Source of the DNA: Myxococcales bacterium
GTDB taxonomy: Bacteria; Myxococcota_A; Bradymonadia; UBA7976; UBA1532
NCBI GenBank assembly: GCA_002731825.1
Contig: PCCS01000001.1
Location: 202,962 to 266,961, forward strand
Reading direction: 5' to 3'
Length of the DNA: 64,000 nucleotides
The translations under genes and the position numbers were made by a program. Shown here piece by piece: positions 27,816 through 37,326 of the stretch (position 1 is its first letter; each line of letters starts with the position of its first letter). The notes under the pieces are model-generated. The model saw only the letters and a program-made list of their open reading frames with translations. It made no database searches and was not told where the DNA came from.

Positions 27816-28621
27816 GTCGTGTCCCCAAGTGCCTGTCGGCCCTCGGTGATCAGCTCTGCTATCCGAGACCTGACGTCTTTGACATAGCCATCAATAACGA
27901 CGTCCGATTCGGTTCCATCGCCTTCGAAGAACATGGGTTCACCATAGTGTATTCGACAGCGAATCGGCAGCGGGACGGGGAGAAGATAGGGTGGAACCGG
28001 CCAATAGGGTACGCCGACCAGCTTGGCCAATGATTTGGCATGAAACATCGCAGGAAAGGCTTCTTCACCGCCTACGTAAGCGAATGGGACGATAGGAGTT
28101 TGTGTCTTGAGTGCGATTCTCATAAAACCAGTCCCGAATCGAACCAGTTTGTACTTGTCCTTATACAATTTGCCGATCCCGCGAACACCTTCGGGAAAAG
28201 CCATCAGCAGGCGCTCGTCTTTGAGCATGCGCACCGCGTGTTCAGGGAGCCCTGTAAACTGACCGATACGAGAGAACCAGGAAGACAGAAACGGAATGGT
28301 TTGCGCGAATTTTTCAACCATCCCGTGGATGTATCTCGGGGGATTTAAGTCGAAGAACAAGGAGGCCATAACCATCCCACCATCCGCAGGCAGTGAGCCC
28401 GAATGATTCCCGATCAACATGGCCCGACCCGTCGGTGGAATATGGTCGAGGCCAACGGGGGTCACCTTGAAATATTGTTTATAGAAAAAACCGAGCATTG
28501 AGTAGAAAACGCCCAGGTGTTCACGGGATATCCCAACCGGATCATGCCCGTACGCATTGAAGTCCAAGTCGAGGCTGTCTAAACGGGTTTGCACCTCGTC
28601 ATGAATTAAATGATTGAGCAT
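27812..28621 (-). CDS. lysophospholipid (PlsC-type) acyltransferase-family protein
   Basis: [13 protein letters not shown] (NH...D block), FPEGVRG and [11 protein letters not shown] blocks. Confidence 0.7.
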   Translation of the reverse strand: MLNHLIHDEVQTRLDSLDLDFNAYGHDPVGISREHLGVFYSMLGFFYKQYFKVTPVGLDHIPPTGRAMLIGNHSGSLPADGGMVMASLFFDLNPPRYIHGMVEKFAQTIPFLSSWFSRIGQFTGLPEHAVRMLKDERLLMAFPEGVRGIGKLYKDKYKLVRFGTGFMRIALKTQTPIVPFAYVGGEEAFPAMFHAKSLAKLVGVPYWPVPPYLLPVPLPIRCRIHYGEPMFFEGDGTESDVVIDGYVKDVRSRIAELITEGRQALGDTT

Positions 28622-28755
28622 GGGTTTCAGCCTGGTCTAAGTGACAACAGAACGCGTTTGTTTGGACACAGTTCATTATCGACCAGCTTCAGAGAGTTGT
28701 CCATTGAACTCTTTCAGAGTAACAAAGGTGCATCGACTGAAGGAGAGCGGACAAT

Positions 28756-29532
28756 ATGAATCACGTTACGGTTATCACGGGCGCGTCATCAGGGATTGGG
28801 GCCGAACTCGCTAGACAATTGGCATCGGCTGGTCACTCCGTGGCCCTACTGGCGAGGCGTGAAGTGGCTTTGAAAAGGCTCGCAGAAGAGATTACTCAGG
28901 CTGGTGGTCACGCAGAGGTTTTTTCCGTCGATGTCTCGGACCAAGATGCGGTTGTCGATGCTATGGATAAGATTGAAACACAGATGGGCCCTATCACGAC
29001 TCTTGTCGCCAATGCTGGAATCGGCGATTCGACCCCGGCGAAGAAATTCAATTCAGATAAGGTCGAAAGAATCATAAGAGTCAACCTGTTGGGGGTGATT
29101 TATTGCATCGATTATGTGTTGCCCGGCATGCTTGAGCGTGACCACGGTCACATCGTTGGCATCGGCAGTTTGGCCGGCTATCGGGGCCTACCTGGCTCGG
29201 CTGGTTACTGTGCATCAAAGGCCGGACTCGCGGCTCTTCTAGAATCGCTACGTATCGAACTACAGACCACAGGTGTTGCGGTCACAACCATTTGTCCAGG
29301 CTTCGTCAAGACACCTTTGACCGAGCGTAACCACCACCCGATGCCTTTCATTTTAGAGCTTGACGATGCGACACGCCGTATCGTCAAGGCCATGGATAAG
29401 AAACGCACGGAGTATGCCTTTCCCTGGCCACTTGCTTTCACCGTTAAGCTCGCACGCTTTGTACCTAACTGGATCTATGACCGCATTCTGAGGAATCAAT
29501 CGGCTCAAAAAGAACCGTCCAAGACCAACTAG
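28756..29532 (+). CDS. short-chain dehydrogenase/reductase (classical SDR)
   Basis: TGASSGIGAELA cofactor motif, NAG, and catalytic YCASKAG. AAGGAGAG RBS. Confidence 0.85.
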   Translation: MNHVTVITGASSGIGAELARQLASAGHSVALLARREVALKRLAEEITQAGGHAEVFSVDVSDQDAVVDAMDKIETQMGPITTLVANAGIGDSTPAKKFNSDKVERIIRVNLLGVIYCIDYVLPGMLERDHGHIVGIGSLAGYRGLPGSAGYCASKAGLAALLESLRIELQTTGVAVTTICPGFVKTPLTERNHHPMPFILELDDATRRIVKAMDKKRTEYAFPWPLAFTVKLARFVPNWIYDRILRNQSAQKEPSKTN

Positions 29533-29537
29533 ACTGT

Positions 29538-30188
29538 TTAATCCAGCCACCAATCGTGTTTTAGGGCGTGATTTCGCTTAAATCGCCCTGGACCTGTGCG
29601 CGTTACGGCTTGTCTACGCCTGAGCCAAGCTTTGAAAGGTCGCGGTGCGATCGATTGGCCCAAGATTTGACTGTAGAGTTGTCTCGCTTGCTTGGTGCGA
29701 AACTTTGTCGGAAGGAGCGCAAGAGGGTAGGTGTCGACGTTGATCCGCTGTCTCAGATGCTCCAAACCCGCATCTACAATCTCTCCACAATTACTTTTTA
29801 GACCGGGTCTGCAAGACAACGAATGCCATGCGGAATCACCTGTTTGGTGAGACAGTTGAGGGACGCAATCGGGCTTGATGAGACCTAGGAAACCAAGGCT
29901 GATACAGCCGTCATGTTCGTCTTCGTTAGCTGACCAAAAAGACCCAAACTCGGCAAATTGGATGGCACATTTGGTGATTTCAGAGCCGAAGACGCCCTCG
30001 AGTGTCTGGAGCGGTCCTTCACCTCCTTGCAAGACCGCGGATGGCAGCGTCCACAATCCACTTGCGGTCTCCTCCGCGGGGTCAATAAAAAGGCCTTCGA
30101 GTTGACCTCGGTCATACCGTAGAATGAGAGCATGGACGGCGAGTGTTGGCTTAGAGTCAGGTGTCTTCATGGGTCTCACAGTACTCAT
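29538..30188 (-). CDS. NrtR-like regulator (degenerate Nudix domain + C-terminal winged helix)
   Basis: The C-terminus LEHLRQRINVDTYPLALLPTKFRTKQARQLYSQILGQSIAPRPFKAWLRRR matches the NrtR wHTH pattern. The N-terminal half is Nudix-like but lacks the REUXEE part of the Nudix box. Confidence 0.5.
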   Translation of the reverse strand: MSTVRPMKTPDSKPTLAVHALILRYDRGQLEGLFIDPAEETASGLWTLPSAVLQGGEGPLQTLEGVFGSEITKCAIQFAEFGSFWSANEDEHDGCISLGFLGLIKPDCVPQLSHQTGDSAWHSLSCRPGLKSNCGEIVDAGLEHLRQRINVDTYPLALLPTKFRTKQARQLYSQILGQSIAPRPFKAWLRRRQAVTRTGPGRFKRNHALKHDWWLD

Positions 30189-30248
30189 CCTCGGTCCGTC
30201 AGGAAAGGGGGCTTGCTTTCTGAGTGTACGTCTCTGACAAAATTTAGG

Positions 30249-31607
30249 ATGATGGACATCATGCGCAACGGTTCATTTTACTCATTTTTGGCGATCTTCT
30301 GTCTTGCTTGCGCATCTGGCGAACCGCGCCGATTTATGGAGATTTCAAGTCCGCATAGCGATGGTTATTTGAGGCCTGCCTTTGAGTTTGGGGTTGCCGA
30401 TGCCGGGGTTGGAGACGGGTTGAACGCCAGCGAGCCAACGGGGGCGAATCGAACGGTTTTGCTCATCGTTGGTCATCAGCACTATGAGATGGGTTTTCGT
30501 AGGGCTTTAATGCCTCCACACCGACCCGCTTACGAGCACCTAAACGAACTTGATGATATTAACCCAACGGCGTTGCTCGCTGTTTGGGATGGTCCCGGGA
30601 CGGACCGCGATGCACAACTCAATACCCTGACGACCCGGCGTTGGCCTGTCATTCCTTTTTACCGTCCGGATACGAATGTTACGACCGTGGACAAAAATGA
30701 AGCGCTGGCAAATTTACGCTATCTTCTCGAGTGGCTCCTCAATCGTTCGACTCCCTACCGAGTCGATGGCAAACGGCTACTCGCCATCGACTTCAGCGGT
30801 CATCTAGAGCCCTATACGGATGATATTTTTAATCTCATCGAAACGACCACTGGATTTGTCGTGTGGGCGAGAGTGTCCGACCCAGACTTAGCGCCGCCCC
30901 AAGCTGGTGGCTTTTGGGCAACCTGTCACGGGGAGAACCAAGTTGTCCACGAGCGGCAAATCCCGTGTGTGGGACCCAAGCCACCCTCGGGTCAAGGGGC
31001 TGCTGAGTCTAATTTTGCAAATCGACTGCTTGAAGCCAGATGGGCCAGCGATAAGAATAAGCGCCGGCTCATGGTCGATGGGCTCGGCCGTTGGGATAAT
31101 GATGGGCAGCTTGATTCGGTTCTTGGTTCGGACACGATGAGGCCTGTGGGATTGACAGGTGGTCGATTGGTGAGAGCGTATGGGGACCAGCGTGTGACCC
31201 AGACCAGCCGATTGTCTGCCCGGTCAAGACAAGGCCTTTTTGTCTCTTTTTTTGACTCTGAAACCGCCTTGGTCGGACGGAGTGAGTTGATGGTCGAGGG
31301 ACGAACTACAGGTCTTGATGTGACTCTTAGCCCCAGTTCCGAGTACGTGAGACTGCTGCTCAATTCGCTTCCCTTTGATTTATCGCCCGATACACAATGT
31401 ACGGTCCAAGGACTCAGCGAGGGTGTGAGTATAGAGTTTCGTTTTACGAACGGTGAGGTCCATACATGGCGTCATCGCGCAGACGGCGACTTCAGCATCT
31501 TACACGTGGGGTCGGCGACCCGTCGGGTCGAAGATGTGATCATTGTGTATCGAGGCGTTGTCGCTGCGTCCTTACCCTCCATGAGGGGATTGAATTGCCT
31601 TCAGTGA
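30249..31607 (+). CDS. secreted protein, unknown function
   Basis: I prefer the start at MMDIMRNGSFYSFLAIFCLACA|SGE (signal peptide) over the ORF-track 30132, which overlaps the divergent gene. No recognisable domain. Confidence 0.5.
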   Translation: MMDIMRNGSFYSFLAIFCLACASGEPRRFMEISSPHSDGYLRPAFEFGVADAGVGDGLNASEPTGANRTVLLIVGHQHYEMGFRRALMPPHRPAYEHLNELDDINPTALLAVWDGPGTDRDAQLNTLTTRRWPVIPFYRPDTNVTTVDKNEALANLRYLLEWLLNRSTPYRVDGKRLLAIDFSGHLEPYTDDIFNLIETTTGFVVWARVSDPDLAPPQAGGFWATCHGENQVVHERQIPCVGPKPPSGQGAAESNFANRLLEARWASDKNKRRLMVDGLGRWDNDGQLDSVLGSDTMRPVGLTGGRLVRAYGDQRVTQTSRLSARSRQGLFVSFFDSETALVGRSELMVEGRTTGLDVTLSPSSEYVRLLLNSLPFDLSPDTQCTVQGLSEGVSIEFRFTNGEVHTWRHRADGDFSILHVGSATRRVEDVIIVYRGVVAASLPSMRGLNCLQ

Positions 31608-31736
31608 CTTTTTATTGTCTGCAGTCAGTTGAGCTGCGGGTCGATTCATCCTCGCACTGTTGGCATTCTCGGTATAGTCTAAATAGTCCGAACGAGCTGG
31701 CATGATCGATTGAGTGACGGAAAAGAACCATACGAT

Positions 31737-34700
31737 ATGAGCGAGCGTATCGAGCAGCTGCGCGATGTGCTGAAGAAAGATTCCGGCTCGCACGTCTATG
31801 TAGAGCTGGCACAGCTGTATTTTGACCAGGGAGACTTGGTTGCCGCCCGCGGCGTGGTGCTCGATGGTTTATCTCTGGATTCAAGACATATTGCGGGTCA
31901 AGTCATGCTCGCTAAACTTGACCTGACGCTTGGTTTTTATGACCGCGCTGAACCAACGCTGCGCAAGATTCTTCAGGCTCGCCCTCAGAATGTTGATGCA
32001 ACATTATTATTGGTTGACCTCCTGAGCCTCACTGAACGTCAAGAAGAGGCCGTCGATTTATTACGAACAAAGATTAGGCTATTTTCAGATTCGATTTTTG
32101 TCTCAAAATTGCAGGAGATGACCGGGTCCGGTCAGGTGAGTATGTCATACCCATTTACTGGGGGGGCTACTCAGATGTCACACTATGTAAAGTCGCTGTC
32201 GAAACGGCCGGGCTTGGATTCCGCAGCGGCCGGAGAGCCACCGACAGAAGAGATTGCAGCACCTGATACTCTCACGAATCAATTGGTCAGAAAAGAGGCC
32301 GATGAAGACAAGATGAACGCCACTGAACCACCGCGATCTGGGGCTGCGGTGAGCGGAAGAAAGACGACACCAAGCCCGCAGCAGCTTGAATCCGATGTAC
32401 CCTACGCTGGGCTGAGTCATGGGGGCGGTCGCCCGACACTCAGCGACCCGGACACCACAAACCAAATTGGTGTTGGTGCTGGCGGCGTCGGTTTGGCTCC
32501 AACGGAGGGTTCACCGACGGTTCCGATGAAGCAGGCCTCCGTCAAGGCGCTGAATTTAAAGGCTCAGCCTGTGCCTGATCCGACGACGCTATCGGATTTT
32601 GGAGATTTGAATGCAGTCGCTGATCAACAAGCTGGCTCCGAGGGTCTCGAGCCACCAGCAGTCCGAGGCGACTACCCTCAAGAAACGGCTCGATTAGACG
32701 CTGATGACTCGATGGCTGGTGAGGCGATCACAGACAGCTTCCTCTCGTCCGGTCAAAAATTTGAGAACGTGAAAGAGGCTCAGCGTTCGGATTTTACGGA
32801 AACAGAACCGCGCCACCCTCTCGACAAAAAGACCAAAAACTTTGTCAAGGAGGCACGGAACGCACCTTTGGTCCCGCCGTTGCAAGAATCGCGACGCTCT
32901 GGATCGGAGGCGCCATCTGCGGCCAGCCCGGCCCTCGAAGAGCCGAGTAAAATTGAGCGTATAGCCGCAAATGAGGTCCCAGTTATCACCGAACGCCGGG
33001 TCGTCCATGATGCATTTTTTGCGGTGCGAATAAGCCTGATTTGCTTGATCGGATTAGCGGCGCTGGCGTCCATTGTTGCTGTGAGTCAATATCGGACGAC
33101 TTTGAGGTCTGCTCTGGGCGAGAATGAACGCATTAGATCCAGCCTTCAGGATGGAAACTACGCCAGCCGCAAACGTGCTCTCGATTATCTAGGAAATCAA
33201 CAGCAACTGCCATTTTTAGCTGCCTCTGCTCGCCACGTCGTCAATTGGTTTGCGCCCAGCGAACTCGATAGACTCAAGGCCGATCAAGAGGCGTTGAGAG
33301 AGCGGCTGACCCAGGAGTTAATTTACATCTTCGGAGAGGTGACACCGGCGGCCGTTCCGTCAAAGACAGGCACGTTTTTCCCGTCCATGTCCGGTCGCAA
33401 TGACCATGTTGTCGCACGCATTCTGGCGGATTTAAAGGCGGGGCGAATCGACGAGGCCGAAAATCGACTGAATGAATTGAAAGACAGTCCGGAACTCGCT
33501 GATGATAATGCTTGGGTTGCAGCCCTCATCTCTATTGAAAAGGGGCAGATTCAAAGTGCAATTGATCGACTTCGTGTCTCAACTCGAGCGAACCCGCATC
33601 ATGCTCATGCCTGGCCGATGCTGGTTAAGCTCATCAGCTCCTTACGTGATCCAATCCCGACGTTGGAGGCATATCGAAGGCTGCTCAATGACCAAAAACC
33701 AAATCACATCTCCTCCCAGATTGATTTTGAGGCCTTTCGGATTCGATTGGGTAAAAATACAACTTTAGCAACTCAGCGTTTGCGGGAACTGCTCACCTAT
33801 GATGGTGAGCTGTCGAGCTTACAGGAAGCGACGATTCATCGAGCCCTTGGAGAGTACTTCGTTGACAGCAACCAGCCCGATGCGGCTAAACGCTCATTTG
33901 AGACGGCCATTGAACTTCAGGCAAAGCGCTTTGAATTTGCCCGCCCTTTGGTCGCTCTGCTCCTGCGGGAGTATAGTTTAGACGATGCGGGGCGCTTGCT
34001 TGAGACCTATAAAGATCAGTTAACCCCCGCTGTTTCATCACAACTGGCCGAACTTCAATATCTGCGAGGATTTCCGGAAAACGCGATTACAGTTCTGGGG
34101 TCTGGATCGGTCGCTGATATTTCAACACGCCTTCTGAAAGCAAAGGCTCACTTGGCGATCGCTCGACGACAGCCGAGGGCAGCCAAGAGTCATCTCGATG
34201 CCGCAGAGCAACTTTACCAAGCTCTCATGACCGCCGAGCGTAAAACGGCTAATCGGGCCCGAATTGGATTGGCATTAGTCGCTGTTCTGAGGGGGACAGA
34301 GAACAAAAACGCACTGCGTCAATTGGGTCAATTGCGTGATGGTATTGGCAATGCCTGGGACCGGGAAGCCAGAGCTTTTGTGCTCTTGGCGTACGGGGAA
34401 GGCTTAATGGCTCATCAATTGTATAAGCGGGCAAGAACACAACTTCAAAGTGCTCAGCAATTGATCCCTGAACGCTACGAAGCGCATTGGGCGCTCTGCC
34501 GACTCTACGACCTCATGCTGAGGTCCAAAGACGCCATATCGCATTGTCGTTCTGCTCTAAAAAACCCACATTTTGAACCAGCCCGTGTCAAAATGTCTCA
34601 GATCGCAATGAAATATGCTGCGCATGGTGATGTCATCGATGCGCTGATGCCATTGGCCCGCAATCGGCGGGCGACCGATGCCAGTGTCCGGCGGCTTGCA

Positions 34701-35480
34701 GCCAGTCTTGCTGCCGGAGGTCGCATAGTCGACTTGAAAGACCTCAAGAGTGGCGTTGGTGATGAATGGAACGGTCGTGACCATGCATTCGTTGATGGAT
34801 TAATCGCATTCAAGAAAGGAGATGTGGAGGGAGCAAAAGACGGGTTCTCAAAGGCCTTGGAGGCCTATCCGAAAGACGAGTCTGTGGTGACGTCTTATGC
34901 TCAATTCTTCGCATCTCAGGGTCGGCGCGATCTGGCTTTAGCCGCTTTAAATGGTCTTTCGGGGCAGTCAAATTACCATGTGCTCGATGTTTTATCGGCT
35001 CGGATTGCAGCCGAAATTGGAGACTCTAAGTCTGTGTTCAGATACGTCAAAAGTGGGCTCAAAAAGGCTAAACAGACTCACGCATCTCCATCATCGATTG
35101 CCAGTGCATATGCTTTGAAATCGCAAGCGCTGCTGATGCGGCCAGGAAAGAGTCGTGTTCGGCGCGCACACATCGCATCACGACGTGCACTTGCCCTGGA
35201 CAAAAATCATCCAGACACGATTCTTGCGTCCGCTTTAGTCTCAGAAGCGCGCGGTAAATTTTCTAAAGCAATCGGTTGGCTTCAGCGTTTGGTTGCTGTG
35301 GCGCCTCAGAATGCAAAAGGTCACTATCATCTGGGCCGGGTACTGAGTATGGTTGTGGATGCTGAAGTTCGGGCTCGACGGCCACTTGAGTCGGCGATTA
35401 GACTTGAGCCAGATGGGATTTGGGGCCATAAGGCTAAGAGGGTGCTAAGGCGGTTAAAACGGCGCAAACGCAGGCGATAA
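31737..35480 (+). CDS. very large bitopic TPR protein (cytoplasmic TPR - disordered region - TM - periplasmic TPR array)
   Basis: ATG 31737 preferred over TTG 31710. N-terminal TPRs (YVELAQLYFDQGDLVAARG), a low-complexity stretch of about 270 aa, one TM (FFAVRISLICLIGLAALASIVAV), then about 800 aa of TPR-like helices and a basic tail RRLKRRKRRR. Confidence 0.7.
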   Translation: MSERIEQLRDVLKKDSGSHVYVELAQLYFDQGDLVAARGVVLDGLSLDSRHIAGQVMLAKLDLTLGFYDRAEPTLRKILQARPQNVDATLLLVDLLSLTERQEEAVDLLRTKIRLFSDSIFVSKLQEMTGSGQVSMSYPFTGGATQMSHYVKSLSKRPGLDSAAAGEPPTEEIAAPDTLTNQLVRKEADEDKMNATEPPRSGAAVSGRKTTPSPQQLESDVPYAGLSHGGGRPTLSDPDTTNQIGVGAGGVGLAPTEGSPTVPMKQASVKALNLKAQPVPDPTTLSDFGDLNAVADQQAGSEGLEPPAVRGDYPQETARLDADDSMAGEAITDSFLSSGQKFENVKEAQRSDFTETEPRHPLDKKTKNFVKEARNAPLVPPLQESRRSGSEAPSAASPALEEPSKIERIAANEVPVITERRVVHDAFFAVRISLICLIGLAALASIVAVSQYRTTLRSALGENERIRSSLQDGNYASRKRALDYLGNQQQLPFLAASARHVVNWFAPSELDRLKADQEALRERLTQELIYIFGEVTPAAVPSKTGTFFPSMSGRNDHVVARILADLKAGRIDEAENRLNELKDSPELADDNAWVAALISIEKGQIQSAIDRLRVSTRANPHHAHAWPMLVKLISSLRDPIPTLEAYRRLLNDQKPNHISSQIDFEAFRIRLGKNTTLATQRLRELLTYDGELSSLQEATIHRALGEYFVDSNQPDAAKRSFETAIELQAKRFEFARPLVALLLREYSLDDAGRLLETYKDQLTPAVSSQLAELQYLRGFPENAITVLGSGSVADISTRLLKAKAHLAIARRQPRAAKSHLDAAEQLYQALMTAERKTANRARIGLALVAVLRGTENKNALRQLGQLRDGIGNAWDREARAFVLLAYGEGLMAHQLYKRARTQLQSAQQLIPERYEAHWALCRLYDLMLRSKDAISHCRSALKNPHFEPARVKMSQIAMKYAAHGDVIDALMPLARNRRATDASVRRLAASLAAGGRIVDLKDLKSGVGDEWNGRDHAFVDGLIAFKKGDVEGAKDGFSKALEAYPKDESVVTSYAQFFASQGRRDLALAALNGLSGQSNYHVLDVLSARIAAEIGDSKSVFRYVKSGLKKAKQTHASPSSIASAYALKSQALLMRPGKSRVRRAHIASRRALALDKNHPDTILASALVSEARGKFSKAIGWLQRLVAVAPQNAKGHYHLGRVLSMVVDAEVRARRPLESAIRLEPDGIWGHKAKRVLRRLKRRKRRR

Positions 35481-35552
35481 TCAGTGTCTCATTGCGCCTG
35501 AGGCTGGTCCTTGGTTATAAACGCTCGCAGCGATGTTTATTGGAGAGATTCG

Positions 35553-36794
35553 ATGTCGATACTCAATGCTGAAAATGCTGGTTTTTCAGATGAAGATTTT
35601 GATGTTTATCGACCAGAGTGTTGGTCGAGCAATCGCTATAACTTGCCCCGAATGCGGACCAAGGAGCGCGTTGTCCAGCTCACGAAGTCGCTCGCTGATC
35701 TCTTCGAAGATATCGATTTTAAATTCGACGCATCATCGGAGATACCCAGTGTTTGGAATGGCCGTACGGTTAAAGATCAATGGGGGTATTGGCTGAGAGA
35801 TGAGAATGCACAACGAACACTCCAGCCGATCTTAACGCAGCGGCTCGATTTGGCGACGCGGATTAAGGCGCCAGCCGATCATTTTAAGCACCTGCTTTTT
35901 TGTATTCGCTTATCCCATGAATCCCTGGCGATCGGTCTGAGGTTGAGTCGATATGCAACCATTGATCTCGAGAATTTCTTGAGCCATGCCGATACCGAAC
36001 TCGAGGGATTAGATGCCGCCATTGAGTCCATTGCCGATGAGGTTAAGCTGGACGGGGAGTCTGTAGATCGAATGAGTCTATTGGCCGCCGCTGGCGATTT
36101 AAAGGTCGGAGATCGTGAATGGATAGACCTCGTTCATATACTCGGCCGCGAGTCGGTTATCGATGGTGATCTCGACATGACCGAAATCCTGGCGAAAACG
36201 GCACGCTCTCTCCTGCCGCTCTTACGCTACATATTATGGTCACCAGAGAATGATCACATCGATGTCAGCGAAGAGATTAGTTCCTTTGCCAAGCAGACGG
36301 AAGCCCGCACCGAGGCGGCTCGCAATGCTGCGGAAAATAAACAGCAAGCCCATGCAAAACGAGCTGAGAAAGCGCGAGATCGCACCTCGGCTAAAATGGA
36401 TGCCGAAGAGGCTTGGCGACAAATGCAGGCAAAGCGTCGGGTTACGCAAGCCGTGTCTAACACTGAAAAGAACACTGTAGCCCCAAAGGCCAGTAAGCCT
36501 CCGACCCGTCGCGATGCGGACCCTCAAAAACAGCAGCGTCGAAAATCAACGCGTCCAGCGGCAGTGACCTCTAAGAAATCTGCCCCGCGACATGGGAGCA
36601 AATCCACAAAAAATGCTAAGCGATCCGGGCCCGCACCTGAGTTTAAACCCGGGCAGTCATGCATTCTGAGTCGGGGGCTTTTTGCCGGTAAGCGAGGTGA
36701 AATTGTCTCAGCCGACAAGCCCGGTTACTACATGGTCAAAGTTGGATTACTTGAAGTCAGCGTGAGCGGATACGATTTGCAAGTCGACGGTTAA
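35553..36794 (+). CDS. hypothetical protein with basic disordered region and KOW/SH3-like C-terminal tail
   Basis: ATG 35553 preceded by GGAGAG. Structured N-terminal ~270 aa, a Lys/Arg/Ala/Gln-rich segment (KQQAHAKRAEKARDR...KKSAPRHGSKSTKNAKR), and a final GQSCILSRGLFAGKRGEIVSADKPGYYMVKVGLLEVSVSGYDL. Confidence 0.55.
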   Translation: MSILNAENAGFSDEDFDVYRPECWSSNRYNLPRMRTKERVVQLTKSLADLFEDIDFKFDASSEIPSVWNGRTVKDQWGYWLRDENAQRTLQPILTQRLDLATRIKAPADHFKHLLFCIRLSHESLAIGLRLSRYATIDLENFLSHADTELEGLDAAIESIADEVKLDGESVDRMSLLAAAGDLKVGDREWIDLVHILGRESVIDGDLDMTEILAKTARSLLPLLRYILWSPENDHIDVSEEISSFAKQTEARTEAARNAAENKQQAHAKRAEKARDRTSAKMDAEEAWRQMQAKRRVTQAVSNTEKNTVAPKASKPPTRRDADPQKQQRRKSTRPAAVTSKKSAPRHGSKSTKNAKRSGPAPEFKPGQSCILSRGLFAGKRGEIVSADKPGYYMVKVGLLEVSVSGYDLQVDG

Positions 36795-36819
36795 GCCTTC
36801 GTGGATACGATTCCTTTTT

Positions 36820-37281
36820 ATGACGTACCTCATCATCACCGCACTTGCGATTATGTCTCCTGTTTTGGCGATCGCTGAACCCATTGCTGTCATCGCCGGT
36901 TTATCGACAAAAGTTGAATGGTGGCTGGTCGCCCTGTGCCTTGCTTCAGGTCAGACGATTGGGTTCACACTGATGTACTTCTTCGGTGAGTTTTTTCTCG
37001 CCAAATGGACTTGGCTTGCACAGAAATTAAGGCGGGTTAATGTTGAAGAGTACGCTCATAAAAGGCAGTTGTTTACAAGTTTTGCGAGCTTGTTTGGCAT
37101 GCCCCCGCTTACAGCATTGGCGCTGGCTGGCCCCCTCTATGAGCCCCGGTTCAGCGGATTTATCAGCCTTGTCTTTACCTGTCGCTTTGCGCGCTTCTTG
37201 GTCTTCGCTGGAGCGGCGACGGCCTTAATGGGCTACGTTGACCCCTCGATCATACCCAAGTGGCTTACACCCTATTTGTGA
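36820..37281 (+). CDS. small polytopic membrane protein (possibly YqaA/DedA-like)
   Basis: 153 aa with 4 hydrophobic segments. The family assignment is tentative. Confidence 0.4.
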   Translation: MTYLIITALAIMSPVLAIAEPIAVIAGLSTKVEWWLVALCLASGQTIGFTLMYFFGEFFLAKWTWLAQKLRRVNVEEYAHKRQLFTSFASLFGMPPLTALALAGPLYEPRFSGFISLVFTCRFARFLVFAGAATALMGYVDPSIIPKWLTPYL

Positions 37282-37326
37282 GTCATGCTGTCCTGTGGGT
37301 CAAGGAACTCTCCGCCAAGAAAGACC

